Origin: Thermoplasmata archaeon
GTDB lineage: Archaea > Thermoplasmatota > Thermoplasmata > GCA-020350865
DNA: 64,000 nt
Assembly: GCA_020348445.1 (NCBI GenBank)
Contig: CP070751.1
Span: forward strand, 375,772-439,771
Direction of reading: 5' to 3'
Position 1 is the first letter of the stretch; the number at the start of each line of letters is the position of its first letter. The position numbers and the translations under genes are program-made. Positions 60,028-64,000 of this stretch are shown in pieces. The notes beneath the pieces are model-generated. The model searched no databases, was not told the origin of the DNA, and worked only from the letters and a program-made list of their open reading frames with translations.

Positions 60028-60566
60028 AGGGCATTTATTGTTTTCATCTCTTTTAATATCAAACGGATCTCAGGGGTTTTTATTTTTAAGTCCGCTTCTT
60101 TTATGAATTCATAAAGGTCCTTTTCAGGGGACATCTTCTGGTATTCCACAGCAGTTATCGCCATCTCAAGTTTGTCGATTTCTCTTAGTATCTTTGCTTC
60201 CTTGCTCTCCCCCTTCTCATATTCCATCCACAGGTTGAGGATTTGTTCTTTATTGGATATATCCAGAAGTAGTTCTCTCAGACCTTCTTCTTCTTTTTCC
60301 CGCTTTTCCTCCCTTGTTATTCCGTCATGCGGAGTGATATCACCTGCCATAACCTCTGCAAGGTCATGGACAACTGCCATGCGAATTAGCTTGGAGGAAT
60401 CCACATCCAAAGTGTCCCCCAGCACCATTGCCATAAAGACTGTTCTGAAGGAGTGATCTGCAACTGACTCAGGCTCTGGGATTTTGTGCCTAAGCCAGCC
60501 TGATCTGAGCAATCTCTTGAGCTTTCCCACCCTAAAAAACAATTGAGTTTGCGCTCTTTCGTTCAT
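60024..60566 (-). CDS. HD-domain hydrolase (YfbR/HDDC2-like 5'-deoxynucleotidase family)
   Basis: LKRLLRSGW...ESVADHSFR, VHDLAE...GDITP, IDKLEM. Confidence 0.9.
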   Translation of the reverse strand: MNERAQTQLFFRVGKLKRLLRSGWLRHKIPEPESVADHSFRTVFMAMVLGDTLDVDSSKLIRMAVVHDLAEVMAGDITPHDGITREEKREKEEEGLRELLLDISNKEQILNLWMEYEKGESKEAKILREIDKLEMAITAVEYQKMSPEKDLYEFIKEADLKIKTPEIRLILKEMKTINAL

Positions 60567-60586
60567 ATCCTCACCTCATAAAGATG

Positions 60587-61231
60587 TTATTTTAATTTAG
60601 AAAGATGTTTTAAGAAATCATCTTTTAGCTCCTGGGGAAGGAAATTCAACTTCAAGTCCGAGATTCTTGAGAAGACAAGCATTTTACATAAAAACTCCAA
60701 GGTCTCTGTTTTAAGAAGGGCGTCATCCAGACTTTTTGCCCAGCAGATTGCCCCGTGGTTTGAGAGAATTATTATGTCGCTGTTCAATGCCTTTTCAGAG
60801 ACTGACTTGGCAAGTTCCATGCTCCCTGGATGATTGTACTCCACCCTGCCTATCTTCTCTATGTACGCCATTGACTCGGGAAAAAGCTTGGTATCCACTT
60901 CAAAATCTGTGCAGGATACAAGTGTTGTGAAAAACGGTTGTGAATGAAACACACAATTGGCTTCTTTTTGGATTTTGTATATCTCGGTATGCATTTTCAA
61001 CTCGATGGATGGTTTTCCTTTATCTTGTGGTTCTTCGTTCTCCAGATTCATTACCACAAAGTCATTTTCATTTAGTTTTTCAAGGTGTGCACCCGAGCCA
61101 GTGATCAAGTATGTTTGTTCATCCAGCCTGCAACTGATGTTGCCCGAGTGACCCCATATCAGATTCTTTGTTTCTGCCTCAGATCCGAATTCTACCATGC
61201 TCTTGATCAGCATCTTTTTATTTGGTACCAT
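60587..61231 (-). CDS. Class II aldolase/adducin family protein
   Basis: GHSGNISCR, ITGSG, PSIELKMH, HSQP, LSNHGA. Confidence 0.85.
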   Translation of the reverse strand: MVPNKKMLIKSMVEFGSEAETKNLIWGHSGNISCRLDEQTYLITGSGAHLEKLNENDFVVMNLENEEPQDKGKPSIELKMHTEIYKIQKEANCVFHSQPFFTTLVSCTDFEVDTKLFPESMAYIEKIGRVEYNHPGSMELAKSVSEKALNSDIIILSNHGAICWAKSLDDALLKTETLEFLCKMLVFSRISDLKLNFLPQELKDDFLKHLSKLK

Positions 61232-61312
61232 AAAAGGATAATCCCTATTACATATTATATTACTTTCTTAAGATGCACAAGATTATAAAAGAACCAAGAT
61301 TTTAAAACGACG

Positions 61313-62695
61313 TTACTCTACCTGATCTATAATGTCTGAATCACTACTGTGATAAATCGTGGTAACCTTTTGGTTGATATTTATCCTCAGGCGATCTTCA
61401 TTTATTATCCCTTGATATTTGGTTGGTAATGCGTCCATATAGTCCTGATATATTGAATAGAATTCACTTGCCTCGCCTGTGGTGTCCCAGGTGATTTTTA
61501 AAACAGACAGATAATCTGTGTCATTTTTATAATAGTAATATTTATCACCACCCCAACCTTCTGCCGCATCTGCTGCATCCGATTCTGAGATGTAATTAAC
61601 CAGCATAACATAGAGGGTGTATTCCCCCATTATTTCCTCGAATACAAGGTCCATACCCTGCACATTCTTGTCAAAACTCACACTCACAGGTTCTTCCCTC
61701 TGATGATATTTTTCAATGTGCATTATCTGCTCTGTGGAAACTGGTGGGTCATAGTACAGTTTGTTTACCTCATCCCATCCTCCGTCATCATATATTTCCT
61801 CTACAAATTCCTCACCATAGAGATAAGGAAAATACATAAGTCTTAAAACCATCTCTGGGATATAAACGCTAGAACCAACAATCTTTGATATTTCTTTATT
61901 ATACTCTCTTTTTTCGCTGGTAGATAGTGTATCTTTGTAAATATTCTCTGTCAAACTCGCATCTCCCTCGACAACTGCCTCCCTTGCAGCATCTTCTTCG
62001 CTGTCTGCTCCCTTCTCAAATGCCGTGAGATTGAAATGCTGATCCTGAAGTGCATGTGTGAACTCATGCGATAATATCACTCTGTCCATAATTGATGCAT
62101 GCCCTTCTACCAACCATACCTCTTTTTCCTCTGGTTTATAGAATCCAAGTATCTGGGACGAATATGCATCTAATATTATTTGAGTCAGGTTCTCTTCGTA
62201 ATCCAAAAGAAACAAGGCGTCCATAACAAGTCTCAATTCCTCCATCTCTTCATAGTCCTCGGGTTCAAGTGATTGGATGATGTCTTGTCTTAGTTCATCT
62301 TCGGTAAGGTACATTACCGGGACATCCTGAAGCACATCCAGTTCCCTGATCTTCGAGACATCATTGATCGTTACCATATCATTTTCGTCAGGGGGTTTAT
62401 ACAAAACTGTATATGCGTACACTGCCAACACCAACATAATAACCACAAAAGCAGTGGCAATTATCGGGAAAACCTTGCGCTTCTGCTTTGGAGGAGGCGG
62501 CTTTTCTGCTGGTTGTGGGAAATACTGGTGCTTTGCGACGGGTGGTTGTGGTTGGACTGCAGGTTGCTGAACTTGTGGAGGTAATGTATATACATTGCAT
62601 CGATAGCAGTACCATTGATTGTATTGGGGAATGTATGTAAGGGGACCATTGCAGTATTGACAGGCATTTAGTTGCATTTGTGGTGAATAATTCAT
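61313..62695 (-). CDS. Membrane-anchored zincin-like protein (Hvo_1808/DUF6782-like) with N-terminal Zn-ribbon-like and Pro/Gln-rich tail
   Basis: CQYC...CYRC, Pro/Gln run, TM helix, ILGFYKP, HEFTHALQDQHF, VVEGDA, FPYLYG, PVSTEQIMH; start likely ATG 62695 (track 62788). Confidence 0.75.
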   Translation of the reverse strand: MNYSPQMQLNACQYCNGPLTYIPQYNQWYCYRCNVYTLPPQVQQPAVQPQPPVAKHQYFPQPAEKPPPPKQKRKVFPIIATAFVVIMLVLAVYAYTVLYKPPDENDMVTINDVSKIRELDVLQDVPVMYLTEDELRQDIIQSLEPEDYEEMEELRLVMDALFLLDYEENLTQIILDAYSSQILGFYKPEEKEVWLVEGHASIMDRVILSHEFTHALQDQHFNLTAFEKGADSEEDAAREAVVEGDASLTENIYKDTLSTSEKREYNKEISKIVGSSVYIPEMVLRLMYFPYLYGEEFVEEIYDDGGWDEVNKLYYDPPVSTEQIMHIEKYHQREEPVSVSFDKNVQGMDLVFEEIMGEYTLYVMLVNYISESDAADAAEGWGGDKYYYYKNDTDYLSVLKITWDTTGEASEFYSIYQDYMDALPTKYQGIINEDRLRININQKVTTIYHSSDSDIIDQVE

Positions 62696-62876
62696 AATAT
62701 CATCATTTTTGGTATAATAAATTATGTATCGTTCCAATATTATATAAATGTATATCAACTTACTTATGCACGCATCCCATACGTTCATTTATGAAGTAAT
62801 ACAAAACAAATGAATAAGGCTATCGTCGAACTATACTTCGACAGTTTTATATACGCCATCATGTATTCACATCCAC

Positions 62877-63554
62877 ATGAAAATGGAACTCAAAGAGAAG
62901 ATTGCAGGGGAAATCTCCCTGTCTGAAGAGCCTGGTGTGACAATAAGGAAATGGAGAGAGGCCTTTGCCCTGAGCCAGCAGGAGCTTGCAGAGTATCTCG
63001 GTATTTCGCCGTCTGTGATATCGGACTACGAATCAGGAAGAAGAAAATCACCTGGTGTGGCAACAGTAAAAAGGATTGTGGATGCCCTAATTGAGCTCGA
63101 TGAAAAGGCTGGGGGCAGGATACTCAAACGGTACCAGTCAGAAAAACAGAACAAGGCGATTTTGAGTATGAAGGAGTTTCCGGTGCCTGTTCCCACCAAG
63201 AAGTTCGTATCGTCTATAAAAGGCAAGAACCTTTCAAAGGTTTCATTTGAAAGCGACGTTCATGGGTACACGGTAATAGACAGCCTGAGGGCCATAACAT
63301 CCCTGGATTCGTCTGATTACCTTAAAATCTACGGGTGGAGCAGTCAAAGGGCCCTGATATTCACTGGTGTCAAGTACGGAAGATCACCCATGGTAGCAAT
63401 CAGGGCGCACCCATTAAAACCGGCCATGGTAGTGTTTCATGAACCCGAGCGTGTGGACGACCTTGCTGTGAAGCTGGCGAACCTTGAGAGAATACCTCTT
63501 GTGGTTACTGATTTATCCATGCAGAAGCTGATTGAAAGGCTTGAGGCTCTATAA
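62877..63554 (+). CDS. Archaeal HTH transcriptional regulator (COG1709-type)
   Basis: IAGEISLS..PG.TIRKWR...SPSVISDYESGRRKSPG; RALIFTGVKYGRSPMVAIR...KP. Confidence 0.88.
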   Translation: MKMELKEKIAGEISLSEEPGVTIRKWREAFALSQQELAEYLGISPSVISDYESGRRKSPGVATVKRIVDALIELDEKAGGRILKRYQSEKQNKAILSMKEFPVPVPTKKFVSSIKGKNLSKVSFESDVHGYTVIDSLRAITSLDSSDYLKIYGWSSQRALIFTGVKYGRSPMVAIRAHPLKPAMVVFHEPERVDDLAVKLANLERIPLVVTDLSMQKLIERLEAL

Positions 63555-63572
63555 TTTTTCGAGGGTGAGTAA

Positions 63573-64000
63573 ATGGAAGTTGGTATAGTGAGTTATGGTG
63601 CGTACGTACCACGATACAGGATCAAACCCCATGAGATCGCAGCTGTATGGGGAGTTGACGGGGATGCCATGAGCAAGGGACTTGGAATTCAAAGCAAATC
63701 TGTTCCAGGTCCTGATGAGGATGTCATTACAATCGCTGTGGAGGCAGCACGAATCGCACTTTCAAGATGTAAAATAGATACAAAAGATATAGGATCCATT
63801 TATGTGGGTTCAGAGTCCCATCCCTACGCAGTCAAACCTTCTGCTACAATTGTTGCAGAGGCAATAGGTGCAACTCCTGATTTGACAGCAGCTGATTACG
63901 AGTTCGCGTGCAAGGCAGGAACAGCGGCAATTCAGACTTGCGCTGGGCTTGTTGGTTCCGGTTCAATTAAATATGGTGTGGCAATAGGTTCTGACACCTC
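63573..64000 (+). CDS. mvaS: Hydroxymethylglutaryl-CoA synthase, archaeal type (3' truncated by window edge; absent from ORF track)
   Basis: [18 protein letters not shown]...[11 protein letters not shown]...[11 protein letters not shown]...[10 protein letters not shown], including catalytic Glu and Cys; follows a GGGTGAG RBS. Confidence 0.92.
   Translation, partial: MEVGIVSYGAYVPRYRIKPHEIAAVWGVDGDAMSKGLGIQSKSVPGPDEDVITIAVEAARIALSRCKIDTKDIGSIYVGSESHPYAVKPSATIVAEAIGATPDLTAADYEFACKAGTAAIQTCAGLVGSGSIKYGVAIGSDT

Noticed and set aside
1-64000. tRNA, rRNA, transposase, integrase or intein
   Set aside because: No cloverleaf with T-loop consensus, rRNA signature, DDE/tyrosine recombinase motif or intein splice motif recognised by eye; the large in-frame inserts lack C/S...HN-C/S/T termini

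Overview
Archaeal chromosomal segment, judged from DtdA, archease, HdrBC-DUF749, form III-type RuBisCO, geranylgeranyl reductase and archaeal HMG-CoA synthase. The style of the secreted proteins suggests Thermoplasmata; this is inference, not a database result. About 40 of the 64 kb encodes ten large exported or surface proteins built from NosD beta-helix, BNR, PQQ-like, Kelch, FG-GAP, VWA, PKD, Ig-like and thrombospondin-3 modules, with no catalytic domain I could recognise. Housekeeping genes, a 7-PAS/GAF/DUF835/wHTH sensor and a K+ channel cluster lie between them. The most unusual signal is the 3934-aa protein at 7024-18828. One carboxypeptidase-regulatory-like domain appears split by a ~2050-aa insert made of ~16 short 20-aa segments followed by 17 acidic ~100-aa repeats. 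The two arrays share a triplet pattern in mirror order about a central turn, suggesting an out-and-back hairpin filament. Whole domains nested inside loops of other domains recur in neighbouring genes, and two uncharacterised C-terminal modules occur only on secreted proteins lacking a membrane anchor. I found no rRNA, tRNA, CRISPR array, transposase or integrase.
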